Origin: Microbotryum violaceum | Taxonomy: Eukaryota | Assembly (NCBI GenBank): GCA_001244265.2 | Contig: CDLV01000011.1 | Location: forward strand, 124,001-188,000 | Direction: 5' to 3' | DNA length: 64,000 bases | Part shown: in pieces, positions 36,236-48,956 of the stretch | Layout of the letters: each line of letters starts with the position of its first letter | Position numbering within the stretch: the stretch's first letter is position 1 | Translations under genes and position numbers: made by a program | Notes under the pieces: model-generated | Seen by the model: the letters and a program-made list of their open reading frames with translations, nothing else | Database searches by the model: none | What the model was told of the DNA's origin: nothing

Positions 36236-39200
36236 TCACTTGGCGTAATGCTGTATCGACAAACAACGAATAAATGAAACATTAGTGACTGTGGCATGCA
36301 ACCCTCCCAGCATGAGTTCGTTCCCCTCACCAAAGTCCAAGTACTCAACCACCTCCGATGATTGACTTGTTCCGGTTCCAACCCAGGGAACCCATAAGTC
36401 AGAGGTGCGAACCAACTATAGCCCACCACCAACAAGCCTACGATCCCCATCACGCCCAATATCATCCCTTTGCCCACTTCGGCGAATTGTTTCCTCTGTC
36501 TCCTGAACGTCGTCGCTCCGATAGCCATGGTTGGGGGTACGGAGATGGCGGAATTGATGGTTTCCGAAACGACGAATTGGAAGACCGCGCCTGTCAACAA
36601 GGCAGAACATACGTGGGCGGGGAGGTAATGGTGGAGAAAGAGTTGGCGCGACATGGTGAAGAAGGGAATGTAATGGTATAGCCAGGCGATCATGAAGAAG
36701 CCACCAGAGTTGTAGAGGCGGTTGCGGACGGCTGCAAAGGAGCAAAAGATACTTGTGGCGTCAGCTTTGAAAAAGGTCAGCAAGGATTTAAGTGAAGTAA
36801 GGACCTACGCCTCGGGATGGGGTACATCCCCCTTCGTTCGGCTAATCGATCGGCGCCCAAGATCCCTACAAAGACGCTCATCGCAATAACGCTCAACCAC
36901 CAACTCGCCGGATTTCCAATCAAATAAATCTGCTGCTTCAGCTCGCTCTGACCCGTCCAAAACGAGATGCCCGAGAGCATGAAGGGCCAATTGATGGGTC
37001 CGGAGGCGTAAGGGTGGGAATCGGTCAAGCCGGCATTGTGTTGGAGCATGGCGATTTGGAGTTCGAAGAATTTGCGCAGGAAGCTGAGCTGGACGATCGT
37101 CTTCTCCTTTTTGGGATGCGAGAGATTGATCATCTCCGCCGCGTCTATAAGGTGTGACCAGATTGGGCTCAGTTCTCGTTTCATGAAGCCCGAAGGAAAC
37201 GAAGGGGTTCTTACCGGGATCCGGAATGACCTCGTCGACGACCCAAAGCGTTGTCCTATCCTTCAGATTCTTATTCCCATTAACCTCCTGTTGTTTGAAA
37301 GCCCAATCTGGCAACGCAGGATCGGTATGACTCCACAGCGCAACGCGCGTCGGTACATGGATCAACTTGAAATGACTCGACTTGGACATCCACTGCGACC
37401 CTTCGTGGGCTTCTTCAATCTCGAGTTGGAAATGGGTGTTGGGTTCGGCGGCGAGGTCGACGCCGTCCCAGGTTGTGAATTCGGTGTTGGTCGCCATGGT
37501 CGGACATGCGACGTCGTGGGTCAACAAGGTCGTGTTGGTCACGACGTGGCGCAGTTTGATGATATCATTGTGTCGGACGATACGGCCCCGTCCAGACTCG
37601 GGGATCTCGCCCGTCGGCTCAACGATCCAATGGTTGTTGGTATCGTTGAAAGGGTAGCCCGTGACTTGTTGACCCGCACTCGAGATCCTCCCATCGTCGT
37701 ATTTGAGCGGGTATCGATCGGGATGCGAGTGGAGGAACGATTTGGTCGTTCGGTGTTGTAATGTAATCGTATCAAAGTAGTGGATCTCCTTCGCGGTGAG
37801 CGTCATGGGGGAATCTAATAGGGTCTGTTGGAACGCCGATGACATGAATTCGTCGCCGGTTCCGGAGCGGTTGAGGACCTTGAAGTGGACCCAGAACCAG
37901 AAGAGGTAGACGATGGCAGGAACGACGATCAGTCCGAAGGCCCTCGCGGCAAAGTGTTTGACGACGTGTTTCTATCGAGAACGAACCTTCGTTCAGCGTC
38001 AAAATCCTGGGGATAGAATCGCATCCATATGTGCTCACCAGTGTGTGCCCTCGCTTGATGTCGAGCAATCCCCAGAGATCAATCAAGACGCAGGTCCCGA
38101 CGGTCAAGAAGGCGAACAATCCCACCATTTTGCACGAGATGGTCAAGCTCAAAAAGACACCTGTCAAGATCATCCATGTCCACCACGATTTGGTGAATTC
38201 GCTGTGGGGCGTGAGAAGATAATTGATCAGCAAAATTTCATGACTCGTTGTCTCGCGTGCAGTATGTCACCTACTTGTAGCGTAATTTGTGGAAGCGGAT
38301 GTAGCAGTAGAAAGCGAGCGACATGAACAACACCAAGGGTGCGTCGAGAAGGATTAATCGAGTTTGTGCGACGTGGGCGTTGTCTGGGTGTGCGTTTAGA
38401 TGACCAGCATCAGGGGCACCGCCATCGCAACGTATCACGTACCCGATTACGACTCACCAAAGAGGACAAGCGAAGCTGAAAGGATCGCAATCGCCTTGGG
38501 GTACCCACTCTCCCTCATGATGGCGTACACGACCGGAGGGACCAAACTTCCCAACAAAGCGGGGAGCGACCGCAAAGCGACGTAAGGGACTTTGTTCTTG
38601 ATGTAGTCGTCGCCGATATTTTCGAATTCAAACGCGCCGTCGTGGCCAATGACCCAACCGGCGAAAGCGAGCAAAAGCTTGGCACTGATGCACCGAGGGG
38701 GCGTCAGTCATTATCGTGGGCTCATAGGGCGTACAGCAAAAGGACGACGTACAGAGGGGGGTGCACATCGAAGAAGTACTCCCTCCGCAGATAGTAGGAT
38801 GCGAATTTGCCGAAATGGACTTCATCGAAACTGCAAGTGGAGTATCACGAGGTCAGCTCGACGGAAGCAGACTTTGCGGTGAGAATGGAAGCGAGTATGA
38901 CTTGCACTACACTGTGGGGATGACCGATCCTCCAGAACCTCAACACTGCCGAGACGATAGCTATGAGGCCCAACACGACCCACTCGACGCTGGCGTTGGT
39001 GTTGGCCAAGTCATCCGAGGACTGCGGCGGGTGAGGGGCAAGTGCGATTGGTTGCCAAAGGTGCGGACACGCCAACGCCACAGCGCGCAGGCAAGCGGCA
39101 GGCAGGGTGATAGCATTCTGGACTCAGCCTTCTGGAACGCCCATTTGGAGCTCCCACTCTCACAGATGAGTACGGAGGTAGAACTCACGCCTGAAGGCTT

Positions 39201-39452
39201 GGACGGAGTGTTTCTGCGAAGTGGGTTGGTGCTGCTGTCCCTCCAAGCGAGGCCAACGTCGTCCCGCTCACGTCCACGCGGCAAGGTCGAGCTGCTCGCC
39301 GTCGCAGTCGATGCCGAGGTTCCGGCCATGAGAGGTTGCGTGTCGGAAGGTACGCCATCGTATTTTGGAGGAAAGACCTGGCTTTGAGGGCTGAGATGGT
39401 TGGCATGGGATGCGATGGCTGCCTTGCGATGCAGCAGCTTGTCGTTCGACAT
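36236..39452 (-). CDS. PMT4: Dolichyl-phosphate-mannose:protein O-mannosyltransferase, PMT4 subfamily
   Basis: [71 protein letters not shown] domains, [11 protein letters not shown]; last exon HYAK*. Confidence 0.93.
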
Positions 39453-40081
39453 GATGATGCTGATGGTGACCGGTCGGCGGGCGGCGGGTTCGGAGGCCGT
39501 AGTACTAGCTGGCTAGTGATGCGCAGCAGCAGCAGCAACCCACAGTCGAGGCTGGGAGAGGCCTGATTTGACGCGAGCCACGCGGTCGAGCTCGAACGGA
39601 GTAATAGCGAGCTTGCTATTGACGAAGAAGAGTGGCTGGCTGACTGGAACTCGACCGACCAGCTGGCAGCTGCTGCGTGAGGAGCGAGACGCGACGGGCA
39701 GCAGCGGGAGCCGGAGCGCGCGAGACGACGGAATCCGAAGTTCTCCTGTTTGTAAGGTCCAATTTCACCCATCAGAGCATTCCCTCCGTCTTTTCCAAAG
39801 GTTTCTACGTAATAATACTGCTGTTGAAATCTATCGAATAAAAATATATAAAAAGCGGTAATTCGACGCGTTTAGCCGAGCACGCGCGGCGATTGCCGGC
39901 TCTGATTCGAACATTGGACGCGCGCGGACACGTTCGTAATTGGATTGAGGTTTCGGCCAAACCGCAGTGAGCCGAAGTGTGAGTTGTAATCGATCAGGCG
40001 ATCTGCCGCCTTTCGCGGTGCTTCGTGGCCCCCCTTTCTCTACTCTCCCACCGCATAGATATACCACGTACTCCACGCACC

Positions 40082-42466
40082 ATGTCTGCCAACGGATCCT
40101 CTTCCCCATTCCAACCTTTCGAGCCTCGACCGGCTGAACGACCCAAGGATGTCGGCATTCGTGAGTGGTCCGCCGTCCATACCCCACGCCGGCGCTTGGG
40201 CGCGTGGTTCGCAGTCGGCGAGGTCATACCACACTAAAACCCTCAAACCCCCACGCCCCGAGCAGGACAGGGGCGGGGCGTGTACGCATCCGCCCAGAGT
40301 ACAGCACTGACACAACCGCTTCTTCCCCCACCTATATTCCCTCTGGACGATCCTTCCGCGGCGTGTGATTGCACCTTGGGATCGGCTACACCGCTGCACC
40401 GCACGACGCGACGCTCCGTTTCCAAACCCCAACCCAACCGCGAAACCCCGTCGGTGTCGGTGGGCCCCTGATTGGAATTCTCGTCCTCGAATCCGATCCC
40501 ACCCGCACCGCGCCCAATGCATCCAATCGATACCAACCCACCTACAATGTCCTCCACCAGATGCGATCGAGTTGTACTTCCCCATGCGCGGTATCTCGCA
40601 AGTCGACCTCGAGCAGTTCGACGGCGTCTCGGCGGGCAAGTACACCATTGGACTCGGCCAAGAAAAGATGACCTTTTGCGATGACCGCGAGGACATTGTC
40701 TCTTTCCTCATGACCGGTCAGTCTCCTGAATCAAGTGGTCTCGTATTGGGTCGAGCTTTGAGGCCCAGCTCTAGTTGTGGTATTCTATCGGTCCTCCGCG
40801 CCGGGGTGTTCCCACTCTCGAGGCCTCGTCTCGCCAGTCCGCGAGTCGGAAAGCAACTTCCGCCGCGCCATCCGACACCTGTCCCTACTCTTCCGCTTTG
40901 AGGAACACATCACCATCCCGAACATGCGCGATCAGAAAAAGCGATCATGGTCACCCAACACACTTCCCTGGTTCCGAGCTGATTCGTGTGCTTTTGCCCT
41001 CGCAGCCACGGCGTCACTTCTCAAAAAGTACAACGTCCCCACCTCGTCGATCGGTCGCATCGATGTCGGTACCGAGACCCTGATCGACAAAGCCAAGTCG
41101 GTCAAGTCGCACCTTATGGACCTCTTCCCTGGCAACACCGACATTGAAGGCCTCGACTCCAAGAACGCCTGCTACGGCGGAACGGCGGCCTTGTTCAACG
41201 CGTGCAACTGGGTCGAATCGTCCAACTGGGACGGTCGATATGCCCTCGTCGTCGCGGGTGATATTGCCATCTACGCCGCTGGAGGCGCTCGACCCGTTGG
41301 TGGTGCTGGTGCCGTCGCTATGCTCATTGGCCCCAACGCTCCGCTCGTCATGGAACGTGAGTGAAAAGCCGGCTCGATTATTACGTTGTGTTGCTGATAG
41401 GTCACATTCACTTCCAGCCATTCACGGTACTCACATGGCCAACGTGTGAGTAGACCCAAAATTCTCATTCTGGCCCCTTGATACTGACCTCCAGCTCTTC
41501 CTGATCCAGCTACGACTTCTACAAGCCCCACCTTTCCTCCGAATATCCCGAAGTCGACGGACCCCTCACCCAAACCTCGTACCCTGGAGCGCTCGAAAAG
41601 TCGTACGACCACTGGCGCCAGAAGGAGGCGCAGCGACTGGGCAAGAAGGGGGACATGTCTGCCGCTTCGGTCGAGGACTTTGATTACCTCGCTTTCCACT
41701 CGCCTTATGGCAAACTCGTCCAAAAGGGTTTCGCTCGATTGGTGAGAACGAGTTCTGCGGGCGGGTTCTCCCTCCCTTCACTTGAAAACTTACTAGTTGG
41801 ATTGCTCGTGTCCTCAGATGTACAACGACTATCTCTCCAACCCGACGGCCGAGCGATTCGCCTCCGTCCCCCCGGAACTCAAGGATCTCGACCGATCCAA
41901 GACCCTCTTGGACAAGAACGTCGAAAAGGCCTTCATGGCCGTCTCGAAGGAGCCTTTCGCGGCCAAGACCGGTCCCTGCATGTTGACGTCCAAGAAGATT
42001 GGCAACATGTACACCGCATCTCTGTACGGTGCCTTGGCATCCTTGTTGGATACCGTGTCGAGCGAGACATTGCAGGGCAAGAGGATCGGGATGTATTCGT
42101 ATGGTTCGGGACTGGCGGCGTCGTTCTTCTCGTTGAAGGTCAAGGGTTCGACGGAGCAGATGCAGAAGCAGTTGGGCTTGCAGCAGCGATTGGCCAAGAC
42201 TGAGGTCAGGTCCTGCCAGGAGTATCTTGATGCTCTTCAGGTAAGTCGATACTCACAGTTCGGCCACTCGTTGTTCTCACATGTCAGCCATACTAAATGG
42301 CATGAACCCTTTCTCTTTCGTCTTGTAGCTCCGAGAAGACAAGCACAACATCGACAACTGGACACCCGACGGCAAGGTCGAAAACATTGCGGAAGGCACC
42401 TACTACCTCATCAAGAATGACGAGAAGCACCGCCGAACCTACGTCTTGCGAGGATCCGAGCAATGA
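40082..42466 (+). CDS. ERG13: Hydroxymethylglutaryl-CoA synthase
   Basis: [87 protein letters not shown]. Confidence 0.97.
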
Positions 42467-43289
42467 AAGAAAAACCTCATTTCATGAAATTCAGCACAGC
42501 CCTGCCCCGACTCACCTACCTGCACCCTTTTCCGCTTACATGATAGTTACTGCTTGGTCTGGTTGTATTTTGTCTCGCGGAGACGTTGCATTGGAAGTTG
42601 TGGATGGCAACGCGGAACCATTTTATAGACCCTTTTCACCCCCCCTCCCCTTTCTTCTCTCTGTCTTCTTTCTTGGATGTCAGAAAAGGAGAACAAAACG
42701 CTCTCGTTCAGGGTTCTTTTAAAAATAGCAATAATATACTTTGACACTAATTTTCGGCTTGTAGCTCCCAGAAATGACAGTGCCCTAGGAGTCTTAAGGC
42801 GGCCGTTATCCCGTCTGCATCTTTCTCCGAGTCCTCCCGTCTCCCTCCCCACTTAAATCCAATAAACCCGGGGCTGCACCAGCACAGTGTTCGCGACTGA
42901 AACGATGTCAGACACCTCAGCTGAATTTCGTCTCGACACATGGCTGGCTTCGGCCACTCCGGTATGCTTGGTTCAAACCTCCCCCGCCTCAAGATAACCG
43001 TGACGACTCAACGGCGCAGCGTTACCCAGCCACTCGGGGGTACGACTACCAGTTTGACTGTGTCTCACGCTTGGGCGAAATGTGCTGAAACGAGGCGTCA
43101 TCCCCTGCAAAAAAGGTCATCGGATCGTTCTACAATGTGCTCGGACAACACCCCAACTCTTCTCGCGCTCTTTGAGGTCAAGATTCGCCGCGCTCGCCTA
43201 GATGGATCCTGGGGTGCCCTCGCTCGCACCTTCGAAACCGGTATGGATCGGGCATTCGCAACCTTGTCAAATTCGGCGTTTGAGCTGAA

Positions 43290-43873
43290 ACGCCGGACTT
43301 GCTCCACCATTGCGCATACCTGATCGAAAGCGAAGTTGGAGTAGCCGGTACTACAACAATTGACCCGTACTCGTTGGAATTGGTCTCGGAGATCGGACGA
43401 ACGGACCGAAGCGAGAGCGATGCCCTGGTTCAATATGTCTACCGTGGGGCAACGCTCGTGTCGACGATCGCGATTGAGTTCAAGCGCAAAAAAAAGTGCA
43501 CCAAGAACTAGCCAAGGGCCACGCAACACGAACGGATCCGACGGTTCTGCCGTGCCTCTTGAAGAAGACCAAGTCGAACGAATCGCGCCGTACCAATGAC
43601 CACCATGACGTCCATTTCGGCATCGACCTCAGCTTCAACTTCGACTTTCAGTGCGCAAATGCCAGACGCATCGACCTCGGTTGCCGTGACCACTTCCGAT
43701 TCGACCGCCCTATACCAAAGGTCCGGCCAGGCTACAGCCTACTCCTACAAGAAATGACGCGATCGGAGAGGTGCATCCAGGCCCGGCCCCAGCAACACGT
43801 TTGCATTGATCGATTCAAGCAGCCAAACCGAGCTCTTCACCATCATCGCGACTGGTCTGGCGATGGAAGGTAA
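43290..43873 (+). pseudogene. Possible degenerate gene relic with a D-x(n)-EFK motif
   Basis: ...SESDALVQYVYRGATLVSTIAIEFKRK then a frame change at an A-run into ...PGYSLLLQEM; no clear start. Confidence 0.25.
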
Positions 43874-44289
43874 GGAAATCTGCCATGGAATGTGATCCCA
43901 GACTAATCAGCTAACGGATCCTGGACCCTTTGTTCAAATCGCAGAATGGAAACGCGAAGAGGAAGAGAAGGGCAGTAAGGGTGGTGCTTTTATCACACAG
44001 GAACATGATCGGGATGGGGATGAAATTCTTGAAGAAGTGAAAAAGATTGATTTTTTTTAAAAATAACCCTAATATCTGCATGGTCCATCTCTGGGCGTTT
44101 TGTTTGTACTCCGTGAATCCGGTCAATGAGTTTCAAGTCTCGGTGTCTTGAGGTGGTTAATTGCAATCGTGAGCTACAATGCACTCTTTAAAAAGTATAT
44201 GTGAACAGATTGTTACATGATTTTCCTGTATGACAAGTCCCAATATGTAGAATACAGCCAACAGCGAAGCCTCCTCACGAGTTCGTAGC

Positions 44290-46968
44290 TCAGAACAGGG
44301 TCGAAAGCGCACGGTGAACCAAAAGACCGACTTTGGAACGGTCCTGATCGTACTCGATGTGTTCGGTGAATTCAGCGTCGTATTTGAACGAGAGAATGTC
44401 GACCTCGCTGGCTCGATAGAAGCGAGTGCGCTTGAGGATCTTCCAGCCCAAGTACAGAGCGATGAAGAGCATTGGCATCATGCTGTTGCAAGAGGGATCA
44501 GTAATCTGCTGTATAGCTTGTACACGTGCCCAGATTAGAGCTCACTAGGCGAACAAGAAGGCCGAGACGTCCCATGCACCCGATAGGAAAACGTAGTAAC
44601 CTTGCATGAGCAAGACGAAAATCGACGAGATGAGGGCGTACCAAGCACCTACACACACCCAAAAACTCAGTTGATCAGCAGTGAACTCCAGTAATCTTTT
44701 GAGCAGATCTCTGATGAGTGACGTACCGAACGGAAGGAAGTGCGATCGAACGGGAAGCGAGTCGCGCGAGATTCCCTGCGCGTTGTGCGCGGCGTTGAAT
44801 CGGATCCAGGTGAATGCCAACAAGATCCAGTTGACCAATTGCGACGACGCGACCAGGTTCGTGAGGTACTTGATGACGACCTGGGCCGACGTCGAGACCT
44901 GGCAGTACGAGAGCAGGCACAAGAGCATGCAAAACCCGACCGCAATCGAGGGGACACCGTGTCTGTTCCTGCGGGCAAAGAACTTGGGCGCTTGGCCATC
45001 ACGAGCCATTTGGGCCAGTCCTCGCGACGAGGTGAAGATGTAGGCGTTACCAGCCGAGAAGACCGAGGTGAGAATCAGACCGTTGACGATGTGGGGGAGG
45101 ACGGGGATCATCATGCGGTTCATCGCGATGACATAAGGCGAGCGAGCACCACCGGGGGCACTGGCCTTTTGCGCGGAGAGCAATCCCGGGTCGTTGTAAG
45201 GGCAGAGGACGCCGACAGCCAGAACAGTACCAATGAAGAAGATGATGAGACGGTAGATCGTGGAGTTAAAGGCGCGATGCATCGTGCGGCGAGGGTTTCG
45301 AGCTTCGCCAGCGACCATGGACAGGCTAAAGTGATCGAGCCAGAAGTCGTCAACACTCGGCGCCGTCGAGGTTATATCCAAGCTTCTCGAGATGTATGCA
45401 CTCACTAGTCAGGACCTGCCATCGTAAACGCAGCGTTCGTGAGGCATGCGAGGTAGCCCTCGAATTTGCCGACGCCGGAGGGATGGTCGGGGTAAGGAGT
45501 CGTGATCATGCCTGCGCAACGAGTCATCTCCAGATTAATGGATTGATCCAGAGGGCAGCACCCAATTCTTCGGGTCGATCACGTCTAAGATTTGACCTGC
45601 CAGGATTTTTCCAGTACCTAAAGCCGAATCGATCGTGCAGGGGGTTACCGCCGAGCATGGCGACGAAGGTGAAGAACAGAAGACCGGTGATCAACAAGAC
45701 TTTGCCGATGGCGAAGCCAAACTCGGCGTTTCCGAAGAAGCGTGTGTTCCAAATGTTGAGGGCGATGTAGGCGACGAGGAGGATCGAAATGAAGACGGCC
45801 GCCTAGGGGATTCGTACCATGCGGGTCAACATCCTGCAGACGAGGGTTTGACTTCAGCCGATCAGGGGTGACTCACGCTAATTTGCTGCGTACTCTCCCA
45901 GAAGCCAATGACGACTCCAAAGGCGACGATTTCAAAAATGGCAAGAGCGACTTGAGAGACCCACTGCAAATTGTCCAAGTCGGAGAATCACCCGCGAGGT
46001 CAGTCTGGAGAGCCCAGCTCGCCGAAACGATCACGTCTGCAACTCAGAGCTTGCGGTTGCCACCACCACGTACAAAGTTGTAACCGGCCGCAAAGCCTGC
46101 GGCATCATCGATGTATCGCGAAGCGTTTCGGGCAAAGGCGACATCGGTCGGCCACAGGCAGCTAAACGGGAGCAGAATGCTCTCGAGATGAGCTCGTGCG
46201 ACGGCGGGGCTTCACGGCATTGGATGGAGATGCACTTACACCATCTCCTTTTGCAGTTCGGCGATCATGAATATGACGCTGGCCCAGTAGATGTAGCTAT
46301 GAAGGGGAAGAAAGCTCAAGGTTCAGTTGTCGCTCTCAAGTCTATGTGCAGATATGAGAGGCATCGTTCGCGAGGCCCGTGCTGGGCTGCGAGACGACTC
46401 ACGCGAGCAGCAACATTAACGGTCCTCCCGCGGTCAGACCAGCGCCAATGTAGACAAAAATGGCCGTTCCGATTGTGCCCCCAATAGCGATGAGGTTGAC
46501 ATGCTATAGGTAGATTGTCGAATGGGACAAGCAATTCAGTACTGTGGATCGCAAAGGCGGTTCGATCGCGGGCGCTTGGATCCATAAGATGAGCGATCGA
46601 AGAGCGCTGCGCCGCGCCTGGCCGCGCGAGGCCCGTGATTTGTGAACGCCGAGGTGCCCGAAGGCGAGGCAGCGAGACGACAGGAGGGTAGAGCAGGCAG
46701 TGGCACCCCGACCGACCACTGCAAGGGCCCACGTACATATGACTCTGTGTGAAGTTTATGGCGGCGAAGGTCAGTGACCAGCTAAGGAGAATACTGCTTA
46801 GTTCCTCTGGCGTTGCACGAACTAACCCAGTGTCCTGTGCTGCGCTGAGGTGGTTGCGAACCGTTCGTTCGAGACGGTGCTCGCGTTGTCGACAAACACC
46901 TTCTCAGCGCCAGCTCCATCGGCACCATGTAAGCTGCCGGTCCTCTTCTCTTCGTCTTTGACACTCAT
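44290..46968 (-). CDS. APC-family (yeast amino acid transporter type) amino-acid permease; 5' exons not fully resolved
   Basis: HVNLIAIGGTIGTAIFVYIG, FGNAEFGFAIGKV, HDRFGFRYWKNPG, AAFTMAGPD-LSMVAGEARNPR, SPYVIAM, LTSVFSAGN...SSRGL. Confidence 0.92.
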
Positions 46969-48956
46969 GATCGTTTTCGTTCAATTGTTATGGTCGAGAA
47001 GGGAGAGCGGACAAGAGTGAACGAGGTCGAGCACAGAGGCAAGTTGGAAAAGACGGCCGGGAGTCTGGGGCGACCGGGCGTTCATGCACATCATCGGTTT
47101 CGCGACGATTTGATGTCCGTGAAGGGACATTTGCCACACGCGTCTCCCGATCTCTCCGGCCTGCCAGACTCGACCGCCAGCCAGCCAGCGCCAGCCTCGG
47201 TCGTAGCCGCACCAAGCCGGCTCCAGTCCCCTTTTGGTCGGCAAGTTCAATTTCGTTTTCACCAGGCCTTTTATTACACTGAAACCTGCGATGTGGTCCG
47301 AGCGAATCATCATCAAGGCCTGCGTTCCGGCTTAGGGCCGCCATCGAGCCACGGGGCTGATACAAAGTTTCACTCGGTCCAAAATCGCCCGAATCCAGGG
47401 TCCTTGCATTTGGCTCATCCTCTTGTGCCCGCGCGGGCTCGGCAACACCGCGACAGCTTCTCTGGCGGCTCGGCCCTGGACTCGATCGTTGCTGCAGCAG
47501 CTTGGAGTGCCCTAAAAAAATAAAAATAAAAATAAAAATAAAATTTGAGGATTATGAAATGTTAGCCAATTGCTGCCACAAGAAATGATCTCTCTACCGC
47601 ATGCCATCCTCCTTGCTGGAACAGCTTGCACCGGCCCATGCAAGCCAACTTGAAATCGCCGCCGCTCTTCGCAACGCGGATGGGAATCATGGGATGCGCG
47701 GCTAACGGGCACAACGAGCTGCAACAGCGAGAGGAAAATCGGCCATCTGCACAGATTGATATCGTCGTCGGTTTTTGTGCAACCGAAGCGACGCAACCAG
47801 CTGCCAAATCACGCGACCGACAAACTCCTCGACTGTTGTCAGTTGAGTCTCAAGTGGCGATTTGCGGCGTCTGGCATGTGCAACCTTTCGATGCGAAATA
47901 ATGAGCCGACTTTCTCGATCAGAGCTTGGGACTTGGGCATCTGTCATCTGGCCCGTGTCTCAAACGGAATTCAAGCCTCGCTGAGTCGCTTACCAGCTGC
48001 TGCCCGTCAATCGACAGCGACTTTACTGGAATGCGGATAATTCTGCTCGTACATGCGGGTCTGCCCATTATAAGCTTATCACTAGGGCTCGGGAGCGCTA
48101 TGCGTCCACCTCCCTGCGAGATTCAAGGCCGTCGCGAGCTCGGCCCCAGCCTCCCGGACCGTGGGGGAAAAGAAAAGTCTGCGCCCGCGCGTGCGCGATG
48201 TTGATTTGATGGAGGTGTTTGCGGTGCAATTTTTTAATTGGTAGACTTAGGTAGGTGGGTAGATAAGCTAGGGGAGAGTGGTATCAGGTTTTTTTCTCCC
48301 TCTTTGCGCTCATGACATGGCGGCTCCTCAACTATATTTACGCATTGCAGTAGCAACTGTGCCAGATCGAATAGGAGGTCCAAGCATCTCTTATGAGACC
48401 GACGAGCTGAAAAATTTGCTCTATCCTCGCACTAGGCTCCTCTCGTTTACGGCTGGCAATCATGCCGAAGTCAATTCGCTGCGAACGCTGTCGAACTCTG
48501 CTCGCTTCACTCGGTGATTCCCACCGGAAAAGGTCGGTTTGCACAGGAGTTGTGGCACCAGGAATTTGTTGCACTGTGGGTGTTGTGTAGTAACCGACGA
48601 CCTTAGCTCTTGTCATCATTGCAGTCCAAGTGGTACAGCCGCTACGAATTGCATCGTCTAGTGCCATCCGCCACCGTTATCTCGGCCCTCTCGCTCGCTG
48701 TTTGAAATACAAGACATGCCGGGGCGATAACAAGGTGGGACGCTGATTCCTTACCGAAAGATAGTTGTACAAGATTAGCGCGTTCGTTTAATGATTGCAA
48801 TGAGCAGAAATCTACTTATCAGTCTAGATGACAACCGTTACTGAAACTAATGACTTTATACGCAAGGTGCAAGAGTGGTACAGTGTCCGTAGCTGATCAA
48901 ACGAGTGTCCTTACCACCTATACAGATGGGTAAAAAAAGACTGCGGTCCGACATCT

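Noticed and set aside
47000-48900. Several 70-177 aa ORFs upstream of the amino-acid permease
   Set aside because: No domain signatures or coherent splice model; treated as intergenic.
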